Shown here piece after piece: positions 1 through 8,979 of a DNA stretch of 39,507 nucleotides (position 1 is its first letter; each line of letters begins with the position of its first letter). Made by a program: the position numbers and the translations under genes. Below the pieces are notes generated by a model that worked only from the letters and a program-made list of their open reading frames with translations, was not told the DNA's origin and did no database searches. The DNA is from Candidatus Faecousia gallistercoris (lineage in GTDB: Bacteria > Bacillota > Clostridia > Oscillospirales > Oscillospiraceae), in the NCBI GenBank assembly GCA_018715965.1, contig DVKP01000202.1, positions 1 to 39,507 of the forward strand, in the 5' to 3' direction.

Positions 1-184
1 CCGAGCCGCAGCCGAAGGTGTTGAACTTGACATCTGTAATGATGTCGTTTTCCACCTTAATATAGATCTTCATGATATCGCCGCACTTGGCATTGCCCAC
101 TTCTCCCACGCCGTCGGCGTCGTCCATCTTCCCTAAATTTCTGGGATGGGTAAAATGGTCCATGACCTTTTCACTATACAGCAT
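1..184 (-). CDS. iscU: Fe-S cluster scaffold NifU/IscU, N-terminal part (runs off the window edge)
   Basis: Manual translation from ATG 184 gives MLYSEKVMDHFTHPRNLG...GEVGNAKCGDIMKI...FNTFGCGS, a typical IscU N-terminus. It overlaps the iscS stop by 11 nt. Confidence 0.95.
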   Translation of the reverse strand, partial: MLYSEKVMDHFTHPRNLGKMDDADGVGEVGNAKCGDIMKIYIKVENDIITDVKFNTFGCGS

Positions 185-1367
185 AATGAATCTCTCCTTT
201 TTCAATTGCCTCCCACACCGGGGAAATCGAGCGCAAATAGGAAACCACCTGGGGAATCTCCCGGAGCATATATTCCACATCCTCCTGGGTATTGGCGTGG
301 CTGAGCGTCAGCCGCAGGGAGCCGTGGGCCACCTCATGAGGCAGTCCCAGAGCCAGCAGCACATGGCTGGGGTCCAATGACCCGGAGGTGCAGGCAGAGC
401 CGGAGGACGCCTCAATGCCCTTGGCATCCAAGAGCAGGAGCAGAGACTCTCCTTCAATTCCCTGGAAGCAGACGTTTACATTCCCGGGCAGGCGGCGCTC
501 CGTGTCGCCGTTGACGATGGTCAGGGGAATCCGGCTCAGACCGGCAATCAGCTGATCCCGAAGCTCTGTCACCCGGGAGGCAGTCTCCGGCATGTTCCGG
601 CAGGCCTCCGTAAGCGCGGCAGCCATGGCGGCAATGCCGGGTACATTTTCGGTTCCGGCCCGCTTTCCCCGCTCCTGCGCGCCGCCCTCCAGCAGGTTGG
701 TGAGCCACACGCCGGTTCTGGCGTACAGGGCTCCCACACCTTTCGGGCCGCCAAATTTGTGGCCGGACAGGGAGAGCAGGTCAATGTGCATGGCCTGCAC
801 ATCAATGGGCACATGTCCCACAGCCTGCACCGCGTCGGTGTGAAACAGGACGCCGTGCTTTTTGCAGACTGCGCCGATTTCCGCAATGGGCTGAATGGTC
901 CCCACCTCGTTGTTGGCAAACATCACAGAGACCAGGCAGGTATCCGGCCGGATCGCCGCCTCCACCTGCTCCGCCGTCACAAGGCCCTTCCGCCCCACGT
1001 CCAGGAGCGTCACCTCAAACCCTTCCTTCTCCAGCCGCTTCAGGCTGTGGAGAACGGCGTGATGCTCAAATGCGGTAGAAATCAGATGCATTTTCCCCTT
1101 TTTCTTCCCCAGCATCGCGCCGGACAAAAGGGCCTGGTTATCCGCCTCGCTGCCGCCGGAAGTGAAGGTGATTTCCCGCTCCCGGGCCGCATTCAGGCAT
1201 TTTGCCACATCCTGACGGGCCTTCAGCAAAATTTCTGCCGCCACCTGGCCGGTGGTATGCAAGGAGGAGGGATTCCCCCAGGCCCGGTCCATGGTCTCCA
1301 GCATCACCCGCCGGGCTGTTTCGGAAACCGGCGTGGTCGCGGCATTGTCTACATAAATACGCTTCAT
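174..1367 (-). CDS. iscS: Cysteine desulfurase NifS/IscS
   Basis: Motifs YVDNAATT, GNPSSLH, SGHKFGGPKG (PLP lysine) and SSGSACTS (catalytic Cys). Confidence 0.97.
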   Translation of the reverse strand: MKRIYVDNAATTPVSETARRVMLETMDRAWGNPSSLHTTGQVAAEILLKARQDVAKCLNAAREREITFTSGGSEADNQALLSGAMLGKKKGKMHLISTAFEHHAVLHSLKRLEKEGFEVTLLDVGRKGLVTAEQVEAAIRPDTCLVSVMFANNEVGTIQPIAEIGAVCKKHGVLFHTDAVQAVGHVPIDVQAMHIDLLSLSGHKFGGPKGVGALYARTGVWLTNLLEGGAQERGKRAGTENVPGIAAMAAALTEACRNMPETASRVTELRDQLIAGLSRIPLTIVNGDTERRLPGNVNVCFQGIEGESLLLLLDAKGIEASSGSACTSGSLDPSHVLLALGLPHEVAHGSLRLTLSHANTQEDVEYMLREIPQVVSYLRSISPVWEAIEKGEIHYAV

Positions 1368-1400
1368 ATTATCACCCTTTGTATCAAAAAGTCTCTGTTT

Positions 1401-2330
1401 TTAACCATGGAACAACTCGGTGGACAGATACCGCTCCCCGCCATCCGGGAGAATCACAGCCAGCACCTTGCCCCGGTTCTCCTCCCGGCTTGCCACCTTG
1501 GCTGCGGCGGCCAACGCCGCGCCGGAGGAAATCCCCACCAGAATCCCTTCCAGCCGGGCCAGGTCCCGGACCGCTTCATAGGCCTCCTCTTCCGTAATGG
1601 GTACCACCTCGTCATACAGCCGGGTATCCAACACCCGGGGGATGAAGTTGGCCCCCAGTCCCTGCAAGCCGTGGGGCCCGGGCGCTCCTCCCTCCAGCAG
1701 GGCAGATGCGGCAGGCTCCACCGCCACCAGCCGGATCTTATAATTTTGCTGCTTCAAATACCGGCCCGCGCCGGTGATTGTGCCGCCGGTGCCGACACCT
1801 GCCACCAAAATGTCCAAACGCCCGCCGGTATCCGCCCACAGCTCCGGTCCCGTCGTTCGGAAATGGGCCATGGGGTTGCTCGGATTTTCAAACTGTCCCG
1901 CAATCCAGGAGCCGGGGATTTCTTTTTGCAGCTGCCTGGCTTTTTCCACCGCGCCCGCCATGCCTGCAGACCCCGGCGTGAGCACCAATTCCGCGCCATA
2001 GGCCCGAATCAGCTTTTGCCGTTCCGCGCTCATCGTCTCCGGCATCACAATGATCACCCGATAGCCTCTGGCCGTACCAAACGCCGCAAGCCCAATGCCG
2101 GTGTTTCCGGAGGTCGGCTCCAGAATCACGCCGCCGGGGGAAATCACCCCCTGCTCCTCCGCCTGCCGCAGCATTTCCAACGCCACCCGATCCTTGACGC
2201 TGCCCGCCGGATTCCAGCCCTCCAGCTTGCCCAAAATCTGCGCCCGCAGACCGCGGTCGGCGGCAAACCGCCCCAACCGTACCAACGGCGTCCGGCCCAC
2301 CAGCTCTTCTGCGGACTGATAAATTGCCAT
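1401..2330 (-). CDS. cysK: Cysteine synthase A
   Basis: Motifs NPAGSVKDR, EPTSGNTGIGLA, GVGTGGT and LPDGGERYLS. Start set at ATG 2330 behind a GGAGG RBS. Confidence 0.96.
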   Translation of the reverse strand: MAIYQSAEELVGRTPLVRLGRFAADRGLRAQILGKLEGWNPAGSVKDRVALEMLRQAEEQGVISPGGVILEPTSGNTGIGLAAFGTARGYRVIIVMPETMSAERQKLIRAYGAELVLTPGSAGMAGAVEKARQLQKEIPGSWIAGQFENPSNPMAHFRTTGPELWADTGGRLDILVAGVGTGGTITGAGRYLKQQNYKIRLVAVEPAASALLEGGAPGPHGLQGLGANFIPRVLDTRLYDEVVPITEEEAYEAVRDLARLEGILVGISSGAALAAAAKVASREENRGKVLAVILPDGGERYLSTELFHG

Positions 2331-2373
2331 ACTGTCTCCTCCTCTGTCAATCACTTACATTCCCACTGGGTGC

Positions 2374-2410
2374 ATTCTAGCACATAATTCCTACTAAGTC
2401 AATAGGAATT
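2374..2410 (-). promoter_or_regulatory. Sigma-A promoter of cysK-iscS-iscU overlapped by a palindromic operator (putative Rrf2/CymR/IscR box)
   Basis: The minus strand reads TTGACT-17bp-TAGAAT with a TGn extension. The palindrome AATTCCTA-N9-TAGGAATT at 2386-2410 covers the -35. Confidence 0.8.
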
Positions 2411-2418
2411 ACGCGCCG

Positions 2419-2895
2419 TCACCCGCCGCATTTCCAAACAGACGACATCTGCCCGCTGATCTCCGGCTGGGGGCAGGGGAGCTCCTGCGGCAGCCGCCCC
2501 TGTAACAAATCCGCCAGTGTCACACGGCGCAAATAGCCGTCGATCAGCTGATCCAGCTGTCTCCACATGGGGTAGGTCATACAGCTGCCCGCCTTATCGC
2601 AGGCGCCGCCCGGTTCCAGACAGTATACCGGCGCCATGCTGCCTTCCGTAAGCTGGAGGATTTCGCCTACGGAGCAGTCCTCCGGCCGCCGGGTCAGGCG
2701 ATAGCCGCCGCCTTTGCCCCGGAGGCTCCGGACCAGCCCCGCCCGGTTCAGCATCGCTACAATGCTCTCCAAATATTTCATGGATATGTTTTGCCGCTGC
2801 GCCACCTCCCGCAGGGAAATATACACCTCCGGGTCCTGCTGCGCCAGATCCAGGCAGACCTGCAGGGCGTAACGGCCTTTTGTGGATACCATCAT
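2419..2895 (-). CDS. Rrf2-family transcriptional regulator (IscR/CymR-like)
   Basis: MMVSTKGRYAL N-terminus, ISMKYLESI helix and SLRGKGGGY wing, plus the three-Cys motif CLEPGGAC-x5-C. GGAGG RBS. Confidence 0.93.
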   Translation of the reverse strand: MMVSTKGRYALQVCLDLAQQDPEVYISLREVAQRQNISMKYLESIVAMLNRAGLVRSLRGKGGGYRLTRRPEDCSVGEILQLTEGSMAPVYCLEPGGACDKAGSCMTYPMWRQLDQLIDGYLRRVTLADLLQGRLPQELPCPQPEISGQMSSVWKCGG

Positions 2896-3010
2896 GGTGC
2901 GCACCTCCCTCCCTATAATACGATAGGTTTGGTAGGAATTCAAGAGCTGCTTGCACTTAATATGCCCGGCATGGTATACTGTATGCACAAAGGCAAAAGG
3001 AGGCATGCGC

Positions 3011-3883
3011 ATGGCACAGGAAACCGCCCTGCGCCGGGGCTATCTCCGCGAGGATTTCCGGTTGTTCCATTTGAAAGACGCCGCCATGGAGCAGGTGGAC
3101 TGGCATTACCACAGCTTTCACAAGGTTCTGGTGTTGCTTTCCGGCCACGCCTCCTATACCATTGAGGGACAAAACTATGCCCTGGAGCCGGGCGATGTGG
3201 TTTTTGTGCCCCGCGGCTCCATCCATCGGCCGGAGGTTTTCCCCGGGCTGGCCTATGAGCGGTATATCCTGTACGTCGCACCGGAATTTCTCCGCCGGTC
3301 CTCTTCTCCAGGCACCGACCTGGAAACCTGCTTTCAATTGGCCTGCCGGCGTTACAGCTACGTGCTCCGGCCAGGTCGGGAGCTTCACGCAGTTCGCTTG
3401 CTGGAGGCGCTGTACGGCGCCCAATTCACCTCAGGGTATGGGCAGGACCTGCTGGGCAACGCTCTTCTGCTTCAATTTCTCATTTCCGTCACCCGGGAGC
3501 TGGAAGCATATCCTCGGTTGCACGCAGCTTCCGCCTTCTGTGACGAGAAGATTGTCGCCATTTTAAAATACTTAAACCTGCATCTGACCGAGCCCCAGTC
3601 TGTGGATCGCCTTTCCCGGCAGTTTTACATCAGCAAGTACCATATGATGCGCCGGTTTAAGGCGGAAACCGGATACACCATTCACGGCTATCTGACGGAA
3701 AAGCGGCTTTTCCTGGCTAGGGAAAAAATTGCCGCAGGGGAGCCTTTGAGGCAGGTCAGCGAGGGATGCGGTTTTGGGGATTATTCCTCCTTTTCCAGAG
3801 CCTACAAAAAGAGATTCGGCGTCAGTCCCAACGTGCCGCTGCCTCCTGAGGCCGGGGGGATGCCTGCCGCTCCCTTGGACTAA
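3011..3883 (+). CDS. AraC-family transcriptional regulator with cupin sensor domain
   Basis: WHYHSFH cupin motif and C-terminal ISKYHMMRRFK...CGFGDYSSFSRAYKKRFGVSP double HTH. AGGAGG RBS. Confidence 0.93.
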   Translation: MAQETALRRGYLREDFRLFHLKDAAMEQVDWHYHSFHKVLVLLSGHASYTIEGQNYALEPGDVVFVPRGSIHRPEVFPGLAYERYILYVAPEFLRRSSSPGTDLETCFQLACRRYSYVLRPGRELHAVRLLEALYGAQFTSGYGQDLLGNALLLQFLISVTRELEAYPRLHAASAFCDEKIVAILKYLNLHLTEPQSVDRLSRQFYISKYHMMRRFKAETGYTIHGYLTEKRLFLAREKIAAGEPLRQVSEGCGFGDYSSFSRAYKKRFGVSPNVPLPPEAGGMPAAPLD

Positions 3884-3887
3884 CGCC

Positions 3888-4592
3888 ATGAAGCAACAAA
3901 TACAAACCGGTCCTTCTCGGGAGGGCCTGCGTCTTTTCGCCGCCTGCATTATGCTTTTGGATCACACGGGCGTTGCGTTCTTTCCCCATGCTCTATGGCT
4001 CCGGTGCGCCGGCCGGTTGGCTTTCCCCATCTTTGCTTTCTTTTTGGCGGAGGGCTTCGGCCATACCGCCAGCCGGAGACGGTATTTGCTACGGTTGCTC
4101 CTCTTCGCTCTTCTGTCCGAGCTGCCTTTCGACCGGATGAATGGGGACACGTGGACCGACTGGTCTAGGCAAAACGTTCTGTGGACCCTGGCCCTCGGTC
4201 TGTGCGCCATGACCTGCGTCGGCCGGGCGCCACGAGAGACGGGATGGCAATCGCTGCTCTGGCTTTTCGGCGCGGCCGGTTGCTGTCTTACGGCAGAGCT
4301 TCTGCACACCGACTACGGAGCCTTCGGCGTACTGCTGTGCCTGTTGTTTTATTGCACCATCGGCCAGCGAGGCCGGTTTTGGCTCTGCGGGGGGATTTTT
4401 CTGCTTCTGTGCTTCGGATTGGAATTTGTCCCTCTTCCAGGCACATTTCTTCCCCTGGAAGCCTTTGGCGTATTGGCATTTCCCCTGTTATCCGCCTATC
4501 GGGGCCGGCGGTGGCGTCGCCGCCCCTTAGGAAAACACGGCTTTTATTGGTTCTATCCCTTGCATATGCTCATTTTGGGCCTGCTGTCCTAA
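3888..4592 (+). CDS. TraX-family membrane protein (putative acyltransferase)
   Basis: Motifs MLLDH, GRLAFPIFAF, SELPF, QNVLWTL, DYG and FYWFYPLHM; multiple TM segments. Confidence 0.85.
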   Translation: MKQQIQTGPSREGLRLFAACIMLLDHTGVAFFPHALWLRCAGRLAFPIFAFFLAEGFGHTASRRRYLLRLLLFALLSELPFDRMNGDTWTDWSRQNVLWTLALGLCAMTCVGRAPRETGWQSLLWLFGAAGCCLTAELLHTDYGAFGVLLCLLFYCTIGQRGRFWLCGGIFLLLCFGLEFVPLPGTFLPLEAFGVLAFPLLSAYRGRRWRRRPLGKHGFYWFYPLHMLILGLLS

Positions 4593-4599
4593 AAGAGGG

Positions 4600-4721
4600 G
4601 CTTGTCTCAAAAAGGAATTTTCTAAAGAATCGCCTAATATTGATGGCGCAGAAAACGAGTATTTCCCGTTTTCTGCGCCATTTTTTAATTGACATTTGCA
4701 AAAATTACGTTTTGAGACGGC
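4600..4721. repeat. MITE-like element, copy 1
   Basis: Terminal inverted repeats TGTCTCAAAA...TTTTGAGACG and the internal hairpin ATGGCGCAGAAAACG-N9-CGTTTTCTGCGCCAT. Homologous to the reverse complement of 7532-7665. Confidence 0.7.
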
Positions 4722-4744
4722 ATCTGTTTTGGTTCCGGCAATGG

Positions 4745-7351
4745 TTATTGGTTGAAGCTCCGGTACAAAAAGGTGGCAACCTGTCCCCGGGTACAACTCC
4801 GGCCCGGCGCAAAATGCACCGCGTCCACCCCTGCGGTGATGTCCTCTGATGCCGCCCACAAAACCGCATCATAGTAAAACCGTCCTTTCTCCACGTCAAC
4901 AAAGGGATTCCCTCCCGACGCCGTGGGACTCCCCTCGGCCCGCCACAGGAAGGTGACAAACTGTCCCCGGGTGACTGTGGCGTCCGGAGAAAAATGGGTC
5001 GCGTCCGTTCCCAGAGCAATCCCGGCCTCCGCCGCCCAGAGTACCGCCTGATGGTAATACCGCCGGTCCGATACATCCTGAAACGGGCAGCGGTCAGAGG
5101 AAGGTTCGGGACACCCATATGCCCGCCATAGAAACGTCACCACTTGGCCCCGGGTACAGGCCCGGTCCGGAGCAAAATGCGTGGGGTCAACCCCGTCGGT
5201 AATACCCGCGGAATAGGCCCACAGGACGGACGTATAGTAGAACCGGTCCGACTGAAGGTCCACAAACGGATGGCTCCAGGGTGCAATTTCTTCCGTCCGG
5301 TTTTCTCCACAGCGGGTGCAGAGGTAGGTCCGGATTCCCGGATGGGTCTCCGTAGGCGGGACCGTCACCCGGCCGTGATCCCAACTGTGTCCCAGCGGCT
5401 CTCGATTGCCGTCCCGGTACGTATCCCCACAGACTGCGCAGGTGTACATGGTATATCCTGCCTCGGTACACGTGGGCGGAACGGCCACGGCCCCATAGGA
5501 ATGGGGCAGGGGAGCCAGGGTCTCCGTCCACCGGTCGCCGCAGCGGGCGCAAGTGTATGTCCTGAGTCCGGAAGCGGTACAGCTGGGCTCTTGGACGACC
5601 GTTCCTTCGTCATACGCATGCCCCACCGCCGCAACCTCTTGCGTTTGACTCTGCCCGCAGCGGGCGCAGGTCAAGCGGCACAACCCGGGCTCTGTACAGG
5701 TAGGCTCTTGTATCCAGACGACGGCATCATAGCAGTGGCCCAGCGCTTCGGTAAATTCTTCTGTATAGGAGCTGCCGCACAGGGTGCAGACGTATGTGGT
5801 GTACCCCTTTTCCACACAGGTCGGCGGCGTCACGGTTTTTTCGTATGTATGTGAGTGCGGCGCGGAAGTCCATTTGGCATACAGGGTATGATCCTGCCCC
5901 ACCGTCACCCGGGTCTCCGCCGTCACCAACGTCTGAACTGCGCCCTGATCCAGATACCATCCTTGAAAAGCATAATCCAGCCGGACCGGCGTGGGAAGGA
6001 AGCCGTACGGCTCCCCGTAGGTTGCCGCGATTGCTTCGGGACTGACGCTGCCGCCTTGCGGATCTAATGTAACCGTCAAATTTCCATTGAGGCGTTCTAC
6101 TCGATCGGGTGAGGCGGGGTCCAATTTATAAAAGATCGGCGCGCTGTCGGCCGTACAGTACCACCAAACGCAGTCATCCAGCACCACCGGCTTACAGTCG
6201 GACAACTGTGCATCGGCACGATACATCCGGCCCTGCATTTTGCCCGTCGCATCCAAGAAACAATATTGCAGCTGTTCCTGCGCCGTCCACATCAGCAGCA
6301 GCCGGTCATCGGCCAGCCGAACCAGCTGGGGGTTGGAAACCGGCGTCTCCGACGTCCCGTCTGTCATCCAGTGGATTTCCGTAGCTTCCTGGGTAAACGC
6401 ATCCCATGGCGTACTGGTCACAAAGATGGCCCGGCCTCCGGTACGCGCTCCTTCCCCCTCCGGTTCCACAGCACAGCCCGCCACCAAGCAGGCCGCCGTG
6501 GTTGCTTCCAACCCGCCGATGCTCACGCCGGTCACGGGATCCCCCGGTGCTCCCGAAATGGGAAGCACTTCCACAGCCGTGGCGTAGCCGGAAAAGGAGC
6601 TCTCCCCAGCCGGTCTGGCACATTGAAACAAGACGACGGCCCGGGGGTAAGCGTCCCCCTGATCCGCCGCCACCAGGGTTTTTCCATGCAACGCCAAGAA
6701 CTGATTGGTTGAGCGGCTGACATAGCCGAAGCCGTAATTTGTAACAGCAGAATGCTGGTCTGTAATCTCCATGGAAGGTATTTGGATGCTGAAGGTGAGA
6801 TTCGCCTGGTGGGACAGCCCATCCTGCCGGGACTGATACATTTGATGGGCCGTGCGAATGTAAAGCATGTCTCCGCTTTGCACCATGCGCAAGCTCCCCT
6901 CATAAAAAGGCCGCACCGTATTGGCCCCCAGCAGGCGCGCATCATCCACTCGCTGCCAATCCTTGGTATACCGCACCACCCGGATGACCTCCCGGCTGTC
7001 GTCCTCCTGGGGATTCTCCTGGCCAAAGACGAAAAAATAATCCGTATCTCCGGCATAAAATCCGCCAAATAAATCAAGCTCCACCGGCAGATCCTTTTGC
7101 GTCAAAATTTGTCCCGCCCTATTGTACTCCTCCACGGTAATGCGATCCTCCACATACTCCACCCGTGTCATAAACCCCCCGCGTCCTGCGATGAGATAAG
7201 ACCGCACCGGCCGGGCTGTGCCTCCGTCATAATTTTGGGCTCCCACATTGTCCGACACGACCGGAGAAACCCCTTTGATTCCGGCCATCCCGGAAATCAG
7301 GCACCAAATGACGCCGGTTAAGACCAGACATCCGAAAAGCCGCCGCTTCAT
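4745..7351 (-). CDS. Secreted S-layer homology (SLH) surface protein with an InlB B-repeat/Flg_new module and five His/Cys repeats
   Basis: N-terminal signal peptide; LPTPVRLDYAFQGWY...TLYAKW module; H..PTC..G..C..CG repeats; three C-terminal SLH repeats (FAPDRACTRGQ, FSPDATVTRGQ, FAPGRSCTRGQ). Confidence 0.88.
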   Translation of the reverse strand: MKRRLFGCLVLTGVIWCLISGMAGIKGVSPVVSDNVGAQNYDGGTARPVRSYLIAGRGGFMTRVEYVEDRITVEEYNRAGQILTQKDLPVELDLFGGFYAGDTDYFFVFGQENPQEDDSREVIRVVRYTKDWQRVDDARLLGANTVRPFYEGSLRMVQSGDMLYIRTAHQMYQSRQDGLSHQANLTFSIQIPSMEITDQHSAVTNYGFGYVSRSTNQFLALHGKTLVAADQGDAYPRAVVLFQCARPAGESSFSGYATAVEVLPISGAPGDPVTGVSIGGLEATTAACLVAGCAVEPEGEGARTGGRAIFVTSTPWDAFTQEATEIHWMTDGTSETPVSNPQLVRLADDRLLLMWTAQEQLQYCFLDATGKMQGRMYRADAQLSDCKPVVLDDCVWWYCTADSAPIFYKLDPASPDRVERLNGNLTVTLDPQGGSVSPEAIAATYGEPYGFLPTPVRLDYAFQGWYLDQGAVQTLVTAETRVTVGQDHTLYAKWTSAPHSHTYEKTVTPPTCVEKGYTTYVCTLCGSSYTEEFTEALGHCYDAVVWIQEPTCTEPGLCRLTCARCGQSQTQEVAAVGHAYDEGTVVQEPSCTASGLRTYTCARCGDRWTETLAPLPHSYGAVAVPPTCTEAGYTMYTCAVCGDTYRDGNREPLGHSWDHGRVTVPPTETHPGIRTYLCTRCGENRTEEIAPWSHPFVDLQSDRFYYTSVLWAYSAGITDGVDPTHFAPDRACTRGQVVTFLWRAYGCPEPSSDRCPFQDVSDRRYYHQAVLWAAEAGIALGTDATHFSPDATVTRGQFVTFLWRAEGSPTASGGNPFVDVEKGRFYYDAVLWAASEDITAGVDAVHFAPGRSCTRGQVATFLYRSFNQ

Positions 7352-7383
7352 CTTGCATCCGCTCCCCATTCTCCATTTTCTAC

Positions 7384-7412
7384 ATTATAAAATAATTTTT
7401 CACTTTTTTCAA
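7384..7412 (-). promoter_or_regulatory. Sigma-A promoter of the SLH gene
   Basis: Minus strand TTGAAA-17bp-TATAAT. Confidence 0.7.
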
Positions 7413-7531
7413 TCCTCTCAATATATAAATTTCGCGCCATAGCGGATCCCGGCACGAACCCGGCAGAAGAAAAGCCTGCCCGTTGAGATATGCTGCAGGC
7501 GGCCGGAAAGATTCCGAGGGGTAAAAAAGGA

Positions 7532-7665
7532 GCTGCCTCAAAACCCAACGTTTGCAAATGTTCTTTTAGTAGAAGTTGTGAAAATGGCACAGAAAACGAA
7601 GAACACTCGTTTTCTGTGCCATAAATAATTAGGCTATTAGGGGGGAATTCTATTTTGAGACAGCC
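7532..7665. repeat. MITE-like element, copy 2 (inverted relative to copy 1)
   Basis: Terminal inverted repeats GCTGCCTCAAAA...TTTTGAGACAGC and the internal hairpin ATGGCACAGAAAACGA...TCGTTTTCTGTGCCAT. Confidence 0.7.
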
Positions 7666-7682
7666 TGTTCCCCGATACATGA

Positions 7683-8969
7683 TCACTTTTCTATTACTTC
7701 CAAGCCGCCCAGGTACTTTCTCAAGACCTCCGGTACCACCACAGAGCCGTCGGCCCTTTGATTTTGCTCTACCATGGCCGGGAAGATCCGGGAGGTCGCC
7801 AGGCCGGAGCCGTTGAGGGTGTGGACAAATTCCGGTTTCCCCGTGGCTTCCCGGCGGAAGCGGATGTTGCCCCGGCGGGCTTGATAGTCCCGGGCATTGG
7901 AAACGGAGGAAACCTCTTTATAGCCGTTCATGGAGGGAATTTGAATTTCAATGTCATAGGTCCGGGCCATAGAAGAGGAACAGTCGCCGGCCGCCAGCTT
8001 TACCGTGCGGAAGTGGAAGCCCAATCCCTTGACCAGATTCTCTGCCTTGGCAACCAGCTCATCAAAGGCCGCGTCGGAATCCTCCGGCCGGGTATACTGG
8101 AACATCTCCACCTTGTTAAATTGGTGACCCCGCACCATTCCCCGCTCATCGGCCCGGTGGCTGCCTGCCTCCCGGCGGAAGCACGGCGTATAGGAAAAGA
8201 ATTTTTTCGGCAGCTCTGCCTCGGAGAGAATCTCCCCCCGGTATACGCTGGCCAAGGCCGCTTCGGCTGTGGGCAGCATATAATGGACGCGGTCATCGGT
8301 GGGGTTGGCAATTTTGTAGACCTCGTCGGCAAACTTGGGGAATTGACCCGCCGTCTCGCCGCACTGGTACTCCAACATCAGCGGCGGCAAAACAAACTCG
8401 TACCCGTCGGCCACATGGGCATCCATAAAATAGTTCAGCAGAGCCCACTCCAGCCGGGCGCCCAGGCCCTTGTAAATCCAGAAGCCGGAGCCGGCCAGCT
8501 TGGTCCCCCGGTCGTAATCGATGAGGCCCAGCTCCAAACAGAGATCCACATGATGCTTCGGCGTAAAATCGAATTTGTGCGGTTCGCCATAGTAGCGCAG
8601 GGGCTGGTTCTGCTCCTTGCCGCCCGGCGCCAGATCCGGATCCGGCAGGTTGGGCAGGCTGAGCATGAGCGTACGGTATTCCGCCTCCACCGCATCCAGC
8701 TTCTCCGCCGCACCGGCAATCATGGCTTTTAGCTCCGCCATTTCCTGAAAAATCGGCGTCACGTCTTGCCCGGCTTTTTTTCGCTTGGGGATTTCCTTCG
8801 AGATGCGGTTTTGCTCCGCTTTTTTCGTCTCCGTCTCCATAATCAACGCCCGGCGCTGGGCGTCCAGCTCCAGTATCCGGTCGACAGCCGCATCACAGTC
8901 CACTTCCTTCGCCCGCAGCCCGTCCTTCACCGCCTGGGGATTTTCCTTAATTCTTTTAATATCCAGCAT
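7683..8969 (-). CDS. serS: Seryl-tRNA synthetase
   Basis: MLDIKRI start, LPTAE, CFRREAGS (motif 2), HQFNKVE, EVSSVSN and HTLNGSGLA (motif 3). Confidence 0.97.
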   Translation of the reverse strand: MLDIKRIKENPQAVKDGLRAKEVDCDAAVDRILELDAQRRALIMETETKKAEQNRISKEIPKRKKAGQDVTPIFQEMAELKAMIAGAAEKLDAVEAEYRTLMLSLPNLPDPDLAPGGKEQNQPLRYYGEPHKFDFTPKHHVDLCLELGLIDYDRGTKLAGSGFWIYKGLGARLEWALLNYFMDAHVADGYEFVLPPLMLEYQCGETAGQFPKFADEVYKIANPTDDRVHYMLPTAEAALASVYRGEILSEAELPKKFFSYTPCFRREAGSHRADERGMVRGHQFNKVEMFQYTRPEDSDAAFDELVAKAENLVKGLGFHFRTVKLAAGDCSSSMARTYDIEIQIPSMNGYKEVSSVSNARDYQARRGNIRFRREATGKPEFVHTLNGSGLATSRIFPAMVEQNQRADGSVVVPEVLRKYLGGLEVIEK

Positions 8970-8979
8970 GTTCCTCACC

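Noticed and set aside
759-2387. 542-aa plus-strand ORF opposite iscS/cysK
   Set aside because: Antisense shadow of conserved genes in GC-rich DNA; no RBS or recognisable motifs.
3888-4592. traX as evidence of a conjugative element
   Set aside because: No relaxase, T4SS, integrase or att sites are visible, and the context is housekeeping.
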